From the NCBI GenBank assembly GCA_905205665.1, contig CAJLEF010000005.1, positions 25,266-89,265 on the forward strand: 64,000 bases of DNA. The letters run 5' to 3'. The position numbers and the translations under genes are program-made. Within the stretch, counting starts at the first letter, position 1; every line of letters starts with the position of its first letter. A model generated the notes under the pieces. That model was not told the origin of the DNA and did no database searches. It saw only the letters and a program-made list of their open reading frames with translations. Of the stretch, positions 10,392 to 19,854 are shown piece after piece. The DNA is from an uncultured Bacillota bacterium (GTDB lineage Bacteria; Bacillota_I; Bacilli_A; RF39; UBA660).

Positions 10392-10787
10392 ATGCTTAAT
10401 AGAAGTGAAGCACGTAAAGTTTGTATGACATGTTTGTATCAAATTGATATTTTAAGACAAAACAAACTTCCTATTAATGTTGATGAAATTTTAAAAGATA
10501 ATTTAGAAATTGAAAATGATTTTGTATCAGAAATTGTTAATGGTGTCACTGACCACCTAGACGAGATTGACAAATTATGTAATTCTTATTTGAGCAATTG
10601 GAAAATAAATCGTTTAGATAAAGCTGGCGCTAATATTTTAAGAATGGCTTTTTACGAACTTAAATATATGGATACTCCTGCTATTGTCGTTATAAATGAA
10701 GCGGTGGAACTTGCTAAGACTTATACCGATAAAGAACTTGCTGATATGATTAATGCTTCTTTAGATAAATTTGTTAAGGAGTCCTAA
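10392..10787 (+). CDS. nusB: Transcription antitermination factor NusB.
   Basis: 131-aa NusB-like sequence, positioned upstream of xseAB as in Bacillus. Confidence 0.75.
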   Translation: MLNRSEARKVCMTCLYQIDILRQNKLPINVDEILKDNLEIENDFVSEIVNGVTDHLDEIDKLCNSYLSNWKINRLDKAGANILRMAFYELKYMDTPAIVVINEAVELAKTYTDKELADMINASLDKFVKES

Positions 10788-11782
10788 TGGAAGTTGATAA
10801 TGGAATTGTAAGTCTTAAAAGTATAGTTCCAAATTGGCAAAAAGCTATTAAAAATAACACAGTTATTCCAAATGATCTATGTGGCAGTTATTATACAGGT
10901 TATTGGTTAAATGATATTGAAGGAGAAAATTATTTTTTAAAAATTTCTAAAAAAACAGGTATTTCCAAAGAAATATTTATTCAAATTATTGGAGAAGAAT
11001 TAGCAAGAATGGTTGGTATTGAAACGGTTCATTCTAAAATTGTTGATGTTGGCTCAAATACTTATGGTTTGATGTCGTCAAACTACATTAAATATGACGA
11101 CAACATTTTATCAGGCAAAGAAATTGTTATTGATTACTTACAACACTTATATTCTAATGATCTATTACATTTGTGGTTAGATATGCCATTAACCATGGAA
11201 GAAAAAGAGGATTTTCATGATGGCTACTTAGAAGGAATGATGGAAGCATTTAATTGTCGCCATGTAAATTGTAATTCTTTAAATTTTATTTGGGATGCCT
11301 TAAGTTTTCAATTCAGAAATAAAGAAAATGGCCAAATTATTACTGAAAGAATTGTCAAAGATTTAACGAAACGTTATTTGTTTTCATTTATGATAATGAA
11401 TAAAGATTTCCATCTTAAAAATTGGGAAATAATAGATATTTACGGTAATTATACTTTGTCTCCTTTGTATGATATTGATCTTAGTTTTGATCGTAATTTC
11501 ACAAATTTAGATAAAAATAATTCTATGAAATCTTATGAAAATAATATCGAAAATATTTATGAAGACTTTGAACAATATTTTTCTTCATCATCGGATGATT
11601 TTAAAAAAGAATTTTATCGTCAACAGAATATTTTAACACCTGAAAATGTTCAAGAAGCGATGGAACGTATTATAAACATTTATCAAAATGATAACTTAAA
11701 AAAATACGCTGAACAAATTTTAAAAGTTTACATTCCTCATTATGAGCAAATGTGTAGTTTAGCAAAGGATCGTGAGTTATGA
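10787..11782 (+). CDS. HipA-like Ser/Thr kinase family protein.
   Basis: MNKDFHLKN fits the HipA catalytic pattern N-x-D-x-H-x-K-N. LSPLYDIDLS resembles the HipA (L)APAYDL segment. The start overlaps the nusB stop (TAATG) with an internal AAGGAG ribosome-binding site, and the stop overlaps the xseA start (ATGA). Confidence 0.5.
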   Translation: MEVDNGIVSLKSIVPNWQKAIKNNTVIPNDLCGSYYTGYWLNDIEGENYFLKISKKTGISKEIFIQIIGEELARMVGIETVHSKIVDVGSNTYGLMSSNYIKYDDNILSGKEIVIDYLQHLYSNDLLHLWLDMPLTMEEKEDFHDGYLEGMMEAFNCRHVNCNSLNFIWDALSFQFRNKENGQIITERIVKDLTKRYLFSFMIMNKDFHLKNWEIIDIYGNYTLSPLYDIDLSFDRNFTNLDKNNSMKSYENNIENIYEDFEQYFSSSSDDFKKEFYRQQNILTPENVQEAMERIINIYQNDNLKKYAEQILKVYIPHYEQMCSLAKDREL

Positions 11783-13125
11783 TTCCAAAATATTTAAGTG
11801 TTGCTGAGGTTAATAATTATATTAAAAATATTTTTGATACAAATACTTTTCTAAAGAAGGTTTATTTAAAAGGAGAAATTAGTAATTTTAAACATCATTC
11901 TTCTGGGCATCTTTATTTAACGCTTAAAGATGACGAATCAAGAATCAGTGCTATTATGTTTAAAAGTGCGGCTTCTACTTTAAATTTTAAACCAGAAGAT
12001 GGTATGAATGTTTTAGTGACAGGTCGTATTTCTGTCTATCCTATGGGTGGAAACTACCAAATATATATTGAAAAAATGGAAATGGATGGCTTAGGAAATC
12101 TATATATAGAATTTGAAAAGTTAAAAAAGAAACTAGCCAGTGAAGGCTTATTTGACCCAAAATATAAAAAGCCAATTCCGAAATATCCTACTAAGATAGG
12201 TATTATTACCGCTCCAACAGGTGCAGCTATTAAAGATATTTTAAGTACTTTAAAAAGAAGATTTCCATATGCTAAAACACTTCTTTTTCCAAGTTTAGTT
12301 CAAGGAGTTTCAGCCGCCGAAGATGTAGCTAAAAATATTGCCTTAGCCAATCATTACAATTTAGATGTTTTAATCGTTGGCCGTGGTGGAGGTTCCATTG
12401 AAGATTTATGGGCTTTTAACGAAGAAATTGTTGCAAGAGCTATTTTTGCTTCTAAAATACCTATTATTAGTGCCGTTGGTCACGAGATTGATTTTACAAT
12501 TGCAGATTATGTGGCTGATAGAAGAGCTCCGACTCCAACAGGAGCTGCCGAAATGGCCGTGCCAACCAAAGAAGAAGTTATGACAATATTGACGCAAAAG
12601 AAAGAAGAAATTAATCACTTATTCTTATCTAAACTTCAAACGGCTAAACATCAGCTTAGTATTTTAAGTAACCATTATGTATTAAAAAATCCGCATGTTT
12701 TATATGAAGTAAAAATGCAGAAATTAGATAATTTGACAGATAATTTAAATAAAAGTTATATCTATTACTTAAATTCATTACAAGTAAAATTAGATAAGTA
12801 TAAAGATAATTATATTTTGAACAATCCTAAGGTTCTTTATCAAAAATCTTTAGAAAGATATTCAGATATCAAAGAGTCTTTACAAAAAGAAATTATTAAA
12901 TACATGAATGATAAGAAGCAATTACTTTATTATACGATTCAAAGTTTAAAATTACTTAATCCATTAAATATCTTAGAACAAGGATATTCTATTGTCAAAA
13001 AAGATAACGAAATTGTTAAAAATACTAATAAAATTAATATAAACGATAAATTAGATGTTACCTTAGCAAAAGGAACATTAAAAGTGAAAGTAGAGGAGAT
13101 AAATTATGAAAGAAATGACGTTTGA
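11779..13125 (+). CDS. xseA: Exodeoxyribonuclease VII large subunit.
   Basis: N-terminal OB fold, a catalytic domain with GRGGGS, and a C-terminal coiled region. Confidence 0.85.
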   Translation: MIPKYLSVAEVNNYIKNIFDTNTFLKKVYLKGEISNFKHHSSGHLYLTLKDDESRISAIMFKSAASTLNFKPEDGMNVLVTGRISVYPMGGNYQIYIEKMEMDGLGNLYIEFEKLKKKLASEGLFDPKYKKPIPKYPTKIGIITAPTGAAIKDILSTLKRRFPYAKTLLFPSLVQGVSAAEDVAKNIALANHYNLDVLIVGRGGGSIEDLWAFNEEIVARAIFASKIPIISAVGHEIDFTIADYVADRRAPTPTGAAEMAVPTKEEVMTILTQKKEEINHLFLSKLQTAKHQLSILSNHYVLKNPHVLYEVKMQKLDNLTDNLNKSYIYYLNSLQVKLDKYKDNYILNNPKVLYQKSLERYSDIKESLQKEIIKYMNDKKQLLYYTIQSLKLLNPLNILEQGYSIVKKDNEIVKNTNKININDKLDVTLAKGTLKVKVEEINYERNDV

Positions 13126-13360
13126 GACCGCTTTAAATAATTTAGATGGCATCATTAAAGATTTAGAAAATGGCAACATTCCTTTAGAAGATGCCATCAG
13201 TAAATATACAGACGCTATGAATTTAGTTAAAATATGTCAAGAAAAATTGGATAATGCCACCGAGCAGGTGAATAAAATCATCGGAACAGACGGTGAAGTG
13301 AAAGACTTTTTAATGAAAGAAGATGAGACAAATGAGCAAACTAGTAACGAAAATAACTGA
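13106..13360 (+). CDS. xseB: Exodeoxyribonuclease VII small subunit.
   Basis: 84-aa XseB-like sequence overlapping the end of xseA. Confidence 0.75.
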   Translation: MKEMTFETALNNLDGIIKDLENGNIPLEDAISKYTDAMNLVKICQEKLDNATEQVNKIIGTDGEVKDFLMKEDETNEQTSNENN

Positions 13361-14750
13361 TCGAGATACTGATTTTTCCACATGGTATACAGATGTTTTA
13401 AAACAAGCGGATTTAGTAAGTTATTCTAGTGTCAAAGGAAGTATGATTATTCGTCCTTATGGCTACGCGATTTGGGAAAACATGCAAAGAATATTAGATA
13501 AAGAATTTAAAAAATTAGGTCATCAAAATGTCCAAATGCCCATGTTTATTCCTGAATCTTTATTAAATGTAGAGAAAGAACATGTTAAAGGTTTTGCTCC
13601 TGAAGTAGCCTGGGTAACTTATGGTGGAGAAAATAAATTAGATGAAAGAATGTGTGTCAGACCTACGAGTGAAGTTTTATTTTGTGAACACTTCAAAAAT
13701 ATTGTAAAGTCCTATCGTGATTTGCCACTTTTATATAATCAGTGGTGTACGATTGTTCGTTGGGAAAAAACAACAAGACCTTTTTTAAGAAGTAGAGAAA
13801 TACTATGGCAAGAAGGTCATACTCTTCATAGAACTCGTGAAGAAGCTAGAAATGAAACACTTAGAATGTTTAAAGTTTATGAAGATTTTCAAAGAAATAT
13901 CCTTGCTTTACCCGTTATTACAGGACGTAAAACAGAAAAAGAAAAATTTGCTGGAGCAGAAGAAACCTATACAATTGAAGCCATGATGTATGATGGAGTA
14001 GCACTTCAAAATGGGACGAGTCATTATTTTGGACAACATTTTGCTAAAGCTTTTGGTATTCAATTTCTAGATACTGATAATACTTTAAAAACACCTTATC
14101 AAACAAGCTGGGGTGTGACTACAAGAATGATTGGTGCCATTATCATGACTCATGGTGATAATCATGGACTTGTTTTACCTCCTAATATTGCTCCTACTAA
14201 AATTGTGTTTATTCCTATTGGTAAAGAGGATGAAGTTTTAAATACCGTAAAAGAATTAGCAAATACTCTTCCTGAAGAAATCACTTATCAAATTGATGAT
14301 TCTGAAAAATCACCAGGATTTAAATTTGCAGATGCAGAAGTAAAAGGTATTCCTATTCGCGTGGAAATAGGTAAAAGAGATTTAGAAAATAACGAAATTA
14401 CTTTAGTAAGAAGAGATACTTTAGAAAAAGAAACGATTTCTATTCCTGCTTTTAAAGAAAGAGTAGAAAAGCTATTAGTTGAAATTCAAAATAATATGTA
14501 TGATAGAGCTTTAAAAAGACGTGACAGCATGATTTATGAAGCAAAAACGAAAGAAGAATTTCAAGATATTGCTCAAAATAAACCAGGTTTCATTTTAATT
14601 CCTTGGTGTGGAAATACTTCTTGTGAAGATAAAATTAAAGAAGAAACAGGTTTAAAAAGTCGTTGTATTAAAGAAGAAATTAGTGATGGCGTTTGTACAT
14701 ACTGTGGTGAAAAAGCTAAATATAAAATCTATTTTGGTAAACAATACTAA
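13323..14750 (+). CDS. proS: Prolyl-tRNA synthetase (class II, archaeal/eukaryotic-like type with a C-terminal Cys cluster).
   Basis: Class II motifs plus a C-terminal CGNTSCEDK...CTYCGEKA cluster. The start may instead be the MSKLV methionine at 13335. Confidence 0.85.
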   Translation: MRQMSKLVTKITDRDTDFSTWYTDVLKQADLVSYSSVKGSMIIRPYGYAIWENMQRILDKEFKKLGHQNVQMPMFIPESLLNVEKEHVKGFAPEVAWVTYGGENKLDERMCVRPTSEVLFCEHFKNIVKSYRDLPLLYNQWCTIVRWEKTTRPFLRSREILWQEGHTLHRTREEARNETLRMFKVYEDFQRNILALPVITGRKTEKEKFAGAEETYTIEAMMYDGVALQNGTSHYFGQHFAKAFGIQFLDTDNTLKTPYQTSWGVTTRMIGAIIMTHGDNHGLVLPPNIAPTKIVFIPIGKEDEVLNTVKELANTLPEEITYQIDDSEKSPGFKFADAEVKGIPIRVEIGKRDLENNEITLVRRDTLEKETISIPAFKERVEKLLVEIQNNMYDRALKRRDSMIYEAKTKEEFQDIAQNKPGFILIPWCGNTSCEDKIKEETGLKSRCIKEEISDGVCTYCGEKAKYKIYFGKQY

Positions 14751-14758
14751 CAAATTAA

Positions 14759-14790
14759 AAATCAAAGGTTGTTATTTTCCTTTGATTTTT
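14759..14790. terminator. Bidirectional intrinsic terminator between proS and the spoIVB-like gene.
   Basis: AATCAAAGG/CCTTTGATT stem with T-runs on both strands. Confidence 0.55.
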
Positions 14791-14795
14791 TCTTT

Positions 14796-15782
14796 CTAAT
14801 TTTTTAAGAGATTATCTCCTGTTTCTAGCATCGTTGTAATAAATATTCCATAACCAGTAATAGGATTATCTGTAATAACATGGGTTACAGCTCCAATAAT
14901 TTTCCCATTTTGAACAATAGGAGAACCACTCATTCCTTGAACAATTCCACCAGCGGTATTAATAAGGTTATCGTCTGTCACGGTAAAAGAAATATTTTTA
15001 ACATCATTATATTCTTGCAAAGAGGTAATATCAATTTTATAACTTTTTTTCTCTTGACCGTTTAAAACAGTGTAGATTTCGGCTTCACCAATTTTAATTT
15101 CTTCGTTTTTAGCTACAGGCATAAAATTAGTAGGGATGGTATCTTCATAAATCCCGTATATTCCGTGTCTAGTATTATTATTTAAAGAGCCATATACTTT
15201 ATTAAAGTGAAATTCGGCATTTTTTTCCCCAGCATTACCTCTTGTGCTTTTACGAATACTTGTCACGGGACTTTCAAAAATATGACCTGTTTTCACTTCT
15301 ACTAATTGTAGACTGTTACTTTCTAAGATTTCGTGACCTAAAGCACCATATATTTTACTGTCAGGATCAATATAAGTTAATGTGCCAAGTCCTGTAATAC
15401 TTTCTTTGACATAAAGACCTGTCTTGTAAATACCATCAACATTTTGAAGAGGCATTGTAATATTCATGATTTGTTCATTTCTTTTTAAAGTTAATTTTAC
15501 TTGATCATCTTTAACATTTTGTAAAATAGCTTCACTTAAAGAATTAACAGAGGAAATCACGGTATCACCAACTTTTAAAATATAGTCGCCAATTTTAATT
15601 TCTGGCGTTCCCTTTAAATAAGAACCATTTACTTTATAAAACCCAACTACTAATACACCTGGTGTTTTTATTTGAATGCCTATATTTTCACCACCAAGTA
15701 CTACTTTATCAGAATAGGCGAGTGTTACACTTGGAAAAAGAAAATAAAGAAATAAGAACATGCTTAAATAAAACTTTTTCAA
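14796..15782 (-). CDS. SpoIVB-like S55 serine peptidase (PDZ plus peptidase domains).
   Basis: N-terminal signal/TM segment, and the catalytic serine motif GMSGSPIV near the C-terminus. Confidence 0.6.
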   Translation of the reverse strand: MKKFYLSMFLFLYFLFPSVTLAYSDKVVLGGENIGIQIKTPGVLVVGFYKVNGSYLKGTPEIKIGDYILKVGDTVISSVNSLSEAILQNVKDDQVKLTLKRNEQIMNITMPLQNVDGIYKTGLYVKESITGLGTLTYIDPDSKIYGALGHEILESNSLQLVEVKTGHIFESPVTSIRKSTRGNAGEKNAEFHFNKVYGSLNNNTRHGIYGIYEDTIPTNFMPVAKNEEIKIGEAEIYTVLNGQEKKSYKIDITSLQEYNDVKNISFTVTDDNLINTAGGIVQGMSGSPIVQNGKIIGAVTHVITDNPITGYGIFITTMLETGDNLLKN

Positions 15783-15828
15783 ATTATCACCTCACTTATA
15801 TTATGGTGGTTTACTAACATAAAAAAAT

Positions 15829-15851
15829 GGTAATAACTGGATTACCATTTT
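15829..15851. terminator. Bidirectional hairpin.
   Basis: AATGGTAAT/ATTACCATT stem flanked by an A-run and a T-run. Confidence 0.5.
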
Positions 15852-15873
15852 TAAAGTATCTATATTTTAATAA

Positions 15874-15969
15874 TTATGAAATAGCATAGGCAATAATACT
15901 ACCGGCAATACCTAATACCATAATAATTAAAGTAATCCAAGTAACAATTTGTCTTGTCTTTTTACTCAT
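15874..15969 (-). CDS. Candidate 31-aa hydrophobic small protein (MSKKTRQIVTWITLIIMVLGIAGSIIAYAIS).
   Basis: A GGAG ribosome-binding site lies 9 nt before the ATG at 15969. It has a single TM-like segment and its own downstream terminator (15829-15851). It is below the size cut-off of the ORF track. Confidence 0.3.
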   Translation of the reverse strand: MSKKTRQIVTWITLIIMVLGIAGSIIAYAIS

Positions 15970-16073
15970 TCTTATCGTCTCCTTCTAAATAAAATTCATT
16001 ATAACTTTATCATAAACTACTTAAAAAGTACATAAAAACTTACTTTAGAGCATACAATCAGATAGGTGATAAG

Positions 16074-16655
16074 ATGACGATTTTAAAAAAATTTTTAAGT
16101 CGTAAGAAATATCTTTTTTTATTTATGGGCATTCTCACTTTAATAGGTACTTTGGTTGGATTATACCTAAGTTTTAAAAATATAAATATTTTAAAAGATA
16201 ATGTTTACTATTATATAAATAATCGCCAAAACTTACAGTTTAACTACATATATATTCATTTTTTCTTTTTAGTTATTAGTTTTATAGGTTCATTTTTTAT
16301 CATAGGTCTTCCTTTACTTTGTACTCTTATCTTTTACCAAGGCTTATCTTTAGGTTTTCTTTTAGGCATTTTTAGTCTAACGTTATCAATAAAAGGATTT
16401 GTATATGCTATTATATTTTTTACTGTTACCCAATTATTTTATTTAATCATTTTGTATTTCTTTTTTATTAAGTGTTTTAATATTACTAGAAAGACAATTG
16501 GCAAAATAATTTATAAAACCAATCCTACAAACTATCTTGTTTCTATGACAAAGAGTTGTGGCTTACTTATTTTACTACAAACTTTATACGATTTTTTCTT
16601 ACTTTTATTTAATAAGCCAATTTTAAACGTTTTTGCTTTTCTTCTGGAAATATGA
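16074..16655 (+). CDS. Polytopic membrane protein, possibly SpoIIM/DUF95-like.
   Basis: 4-5 hydrophobic segments in 193 aa. The family assignment is tentative. Confidence 0.3.
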   Translation: MTILKKFLSRKKYLFLFMGILTLIGTLVGLYLSFKNINILKDNVYYYINNRQNLQFNYIYIHFFFLVISFIGSFFIIGLPLLCTLIFYQGLSLGFLLGIFSLTLSIKGFVYAIIFFTVTQLFYLIILYFFFIKCFNITRKTIGKIIYKTNPTNYLVSMTKSCGLLILLQTLYDFFLLLFNKPILNVFAFLLEI

Positions 16656-16688
16656 TAAAATAGGCTAATGAAAAAGAGGTCTGGTATT

Positions 16689-17804
16689 ATGGCAAAAAAA
16701 GTGATTGTCGGTATGAGTGGGGGAGTAGACTCTGCAGTAAGTGCTTATTTATTAAAACAACAAGGCTATGAAGTAGAGGGCTTATTTATGCGCAATTGGG
16801 ATGCAGGACTTAATAATGATATTTTAGGAAACCCTACTTTAAACAATAATATTTGCCCTCAGGAACAAGACTATAATGATGCTTTAAAAACATGTGAAAT
16901 TATTGGTATTCCTTTACACCGTGTGGATTTTATCAAAGAATATTGGGATAACGTTTTTACTTATTTTTTAAACGAATTAAAAAAAGGGAGAACACCTAAT
17001 CCCGATTTACTTTGCAATAAATATATTAAATTTGATGTCTTTAAAAAAGAGGCCAAACGTCTAGGAGCTGACTTTATGGCTACTGGTCATTATGCTAGAC
17101 TTAAAGATGGTAAACTTTTAAAAGGCGTTGATGAAAATAAAGATCAAACTTATTTTTTAGCTCAACTAAGTAAAGAACAACTAGAAGATGTTTTATTTCC
17201 AGTAGGAGATCTTCATAAAGAACAAGTAAGAGAAATTGCTTTAAAGTGTGGTCTAAATGTAGCTAAAAAGAAAGATTCCACGGGTATTTGTTTTATTGGC
17301 GAAAGAAACTATCAAGAATTTATTCGTAATTACTTAAAACCAAATCCAGGTAATATTATTGATGTAGAAACTAAAAAGGTAATTGGTACTCACACGGGTC
17401 TTATGAACTATACAATTGGTCAAAGACGTAATGTGGGTCTTTCTGGATTCCAAGAAAGACATTATGTATGTGGTAAAAACGTAGCTAAAAACGAATTATA
17501 TGTTGCTTTTGGTGATGATTCAAAATATTTAATTAGTGATAGTTGTCTTTTAGAAGATGTAAATATTACCATTGATAACCCACCATCAAAATGTCAAGCC
17601 AAGTTTCGTTATCGTGGAGAAGAGTACCCTATCGAATTAGAATTATTAAATGGTAATATGGCACATGTTACTTATAAAGAAGGTGTGAAAGCCGTAACGC
17701 CAGGACAATTTTGTGTTTTCTATGATGGAGATGTTTGCTTCGGTAGTGGTATTATTAAAGAAATCTATAAAAATAACGATAAAATATGGTATTTAAATAA
17801 TTAA
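16689..17804 (+). CDS. mnmA: tRNA 2-thiouridylase MnmA.
   Basis: PP-loop VGMSGGVDS. The reading frame starts at 16668 but the ATG at 16689 (MAKKVIVG) is the likely start. Confidence 0.9.
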   Translation: MAKKVIVGMSGGVDSAVSAYLLKQQGYEVEGLFMRNWDAGLNNDILGNPTLNNNICPQEQDYNDALKTCEIIGIPLHRVDFIKEYWDNVFTYFLNELKKGRTPNPDLLCNKYIKFDVFKKEAKRLGADFMATGHYARLKDGKLLKGVDENKDQTYFLAQLSKEQLEDVLFPVGDLHKEQVREIALKCGLNVAKKKDSTGICFIGERNYQEFIRNYLKPNPGNIIDVETKKVIGTHTGLMNYTIGQRRNVGLSGFQERHYVCGKNVAKNELYVAFGDDSKYLISDSCLLEDVNITIDNPPSKCQAKFRYRGEEYPIELELLNGNMAHVTYKEGVKAVTPGQFCVFYDGDVCFGSGIIKEIYKNNDKIWYLNN

Positions 17805-17855
17805 AAAGTACCATATTTTTTTGCGTGAAGATTTATTTTCATTGTTTACTTTTAC

Positions 17856-17885
17856 TTGACACAAAAGTGTCTAGTGCCTTATAAT
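17856..17885 (+). promoter_or_regulatory. Sigma-A-type promoter upstream of the XRE regulator gene.
   Basis: TTGACA-18 nt-TATAAT. Confidence 0.5.
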
Positions 17886-17923
17886 TAGAATGTAAATTAA
17901 ATAAAAGAGAGTAGGCAAATGAA

Positions 17924-18718
17924 ATGAACAGATTAAATGAATTATTACAAGAATTAGGAATTTCTAAAGTTAGACTTGCGAAGTATTTAGGGGTATCAAG
18001 ACAAATGGTTTATAATTATCTTGAACTTGATGATATTAATAAATGGCCTAAAGAAAAAAAGATTTTGTTATATCGTTTATTAGATATTAATGATGAAAAT
18101 AATCAAACAATCGATTCTATCAAAGTAACAACAGATTATCTTATGAGTGTTGAAAATCGTCTTAATACTAGCGTTAAAGGTACTACCAATATTTCTAATT
18201 ATTTTGATTTAAAAAATCTTAATAAAGATTCTCAAATATTAATTACAAATATCTTAAATTTGTTGCGTGAAAGACTAGGGGACGAGAAGAAAAAACAAGA
18301 AAATTATTATGCCTTTTTATATTTATATCATATGTTACAATCTATGGATAATGTTCCTGAAATAAAATACATTTTTGGATATATGTCAAAGGCAACTGGC
18401 TTTACCAATCCAGAAGAATTCAAATTTAATGAAGATAGACAATTCATTTTTGAAGGAATTTTGTACTCTGCCCTAACGCTTTATAATAATGGGGGAGCCT
18501 CACGTAGCAAGCTTGCCCTATCGCATAAACGCTTTGTTCAAGAAATTGAAAAACAAAAAGAAGAAAAGTTAAGTCGTACTCAACAATTATTCACTTTAAG
18601 AACACAGGCTTTAAAAGAACTTGGTTATTCTGAAATGAATGAATCCAATGCTTCAGAGATTATTGAAAAAATTGCAGAAATTGAATCACGTGGATCTATT
18701 ATGAATACAGATGAATAA
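17924..18718 (+). CDS. XRE-family HTH transcriptional regulator with a roughly 200-aa C-terminal domain of unknown function.
   Basis: HTH segment VRLAKYLGVSRQMVYNYL within the first 30 residues. Confidence 0.55.
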   Translation: MNRLNELLQELGISKVRLAKYLGVSRQMVYNYLELDDINKWPKEKKILLYRLLDINDENNQTIDSIKVTTDYLMSVENRLNTSVKGTTNISNYFDLKNLNKDSQILITNILNLLRERLGDEKKKQENYYAFLYLYHMLQSMDNVPEIKYIFGYMSKATGFTNPEEFKFNEDRQFIFEGILYSALTLYNNGGASRSKLALSHKRFVQEIEKQKEEKLSRTQQLFTLRTQALKELGYSEMNESNASEIIEKIAEIESRGSIMNTDE

Positions 18719-19076
18719 ATATCTAAATAAATAGATATTTTTTCTTTGCTAAAATTTGCAACGAGATGGGTAATTATCCATTTTAAATATTTTCGTTGCA
18801 AATTAGAAAAGGCTCTAAATTGATATATTTATATATTTTTAATCTAATTATTAATAAAACATTAAGATAATTAATTATTGTTAATAATTTAAAAATAAGT
18901 TCAATAAATCAATTATATTAAAATAATATTTTAGATATAGTAACCATCATAATACCATAATAAAGAAATGCTAACTAAATTGAAATAAAATAATTATTAA
19001 GATTTAATTTTAAAGTTTTATTTTATGTCTTCATGAAAGTTTCATAATATATATTATGTTAACCGTGATATTTATT

Positions 19077-19829
19077 TCATAATAAAAAATGATTTATCAA
19101 TAACATTATAATACCTATTATGCCTCCAAAAATTAAATATTTTTCTTGATGATAAGATATAGCTTTTGGTAATAATTCTTCAATAGCTAAGGTAATCATA
19201 ATGCCACCCACAAATAATAAAATAAACCCAATTAATTCTGATGAAATATAATTTCTTAAAAATGTACACGCTAATAAGGCACCTAATGGTTCCGCTATTC
19301 CTGATAGAAAGGTCATTTTAATAGCTTTCTTTTTGCTTCCTGTCGCGTAATAAATTGGAACTGCAATACTAATACCTTCTGGAATATTATGAAGCATAAT
19401 TGCTATGCTAATATGAAGCCCTAAGGTAATGTTTTGATAACTACTTAAAAACGTAAGGATTCCCTCTGGTAAATTATGAAGCATTAAAGTAATCATACTT
19501 AAAACGCCTAAACGATATAAAGGAACATCTCCTCTTCCCTTCTCTATTTTTTGATTTATAAAACGAATAACTAAAATAGAAAAAGCAAAGATTAATAAAG
19601 AAAGAAAAATTCCTTTAAAAAGTTTAAATTTAGTTAAGATAATAAAACTGGCTTCGGGTATTAATTCTAAAACAGATATACCAATCATTATCACTAATGA
19701 AAGACTTAAACAAAAAGTTATAAATTTATTAATGTTTTCTCTTTGCCATTTAAAAAAAATCACAAAAGTACCTAATACAGTCGATAATCCTGCTAATGAT
19801 GATAACAGAAAAGGAATAAAAAAAGACAT
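19077..19829 (-). CDS. zupT: ZIP-family metal transporter (ZupT-like).
   Basis: Eight TM helices with paired motifs LHNLPEG and LHNIPEG. Confidence 0.8.
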   Translation of the reverse strand: MSFFIPFLLSSLAGLSTVLGTFVIFFKWQRENINKFITFCLSLSLVIMIGISVLELIPEASFIILTKFKLFKGIFLSLLIFAFSILVIRFINQKIEKGRGDVPLYRLGVLSMITLMLHNLPEGILTFLSSYQNITLGLHISIAIMLHNIPEGISIAVPIYYATGSKKKAIKMTFLSGIAEPLGALLACTFLRNYISSELIGFILLFVGGIMITLAIEELLPKAISYHQEKYLIFGGIIGIIMLLINHFLL

Positions 19830-19854
19830 AGTATCACCTAATAAAGTGTATGTC

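Noticed and set aside
18719-19076. Short hydrophobic peptide ORFs (MLTVIFIS on the plus strand, MMVTISKILF on the minus strand) as candidate pheromones for the adjacent XRE/Rgg-like regulator.
   Set aside because: None has a recognisable Shine-Dalgarno sequence at a proper distance. In DNA that is about 85% AT, such ORFs arise by chance.
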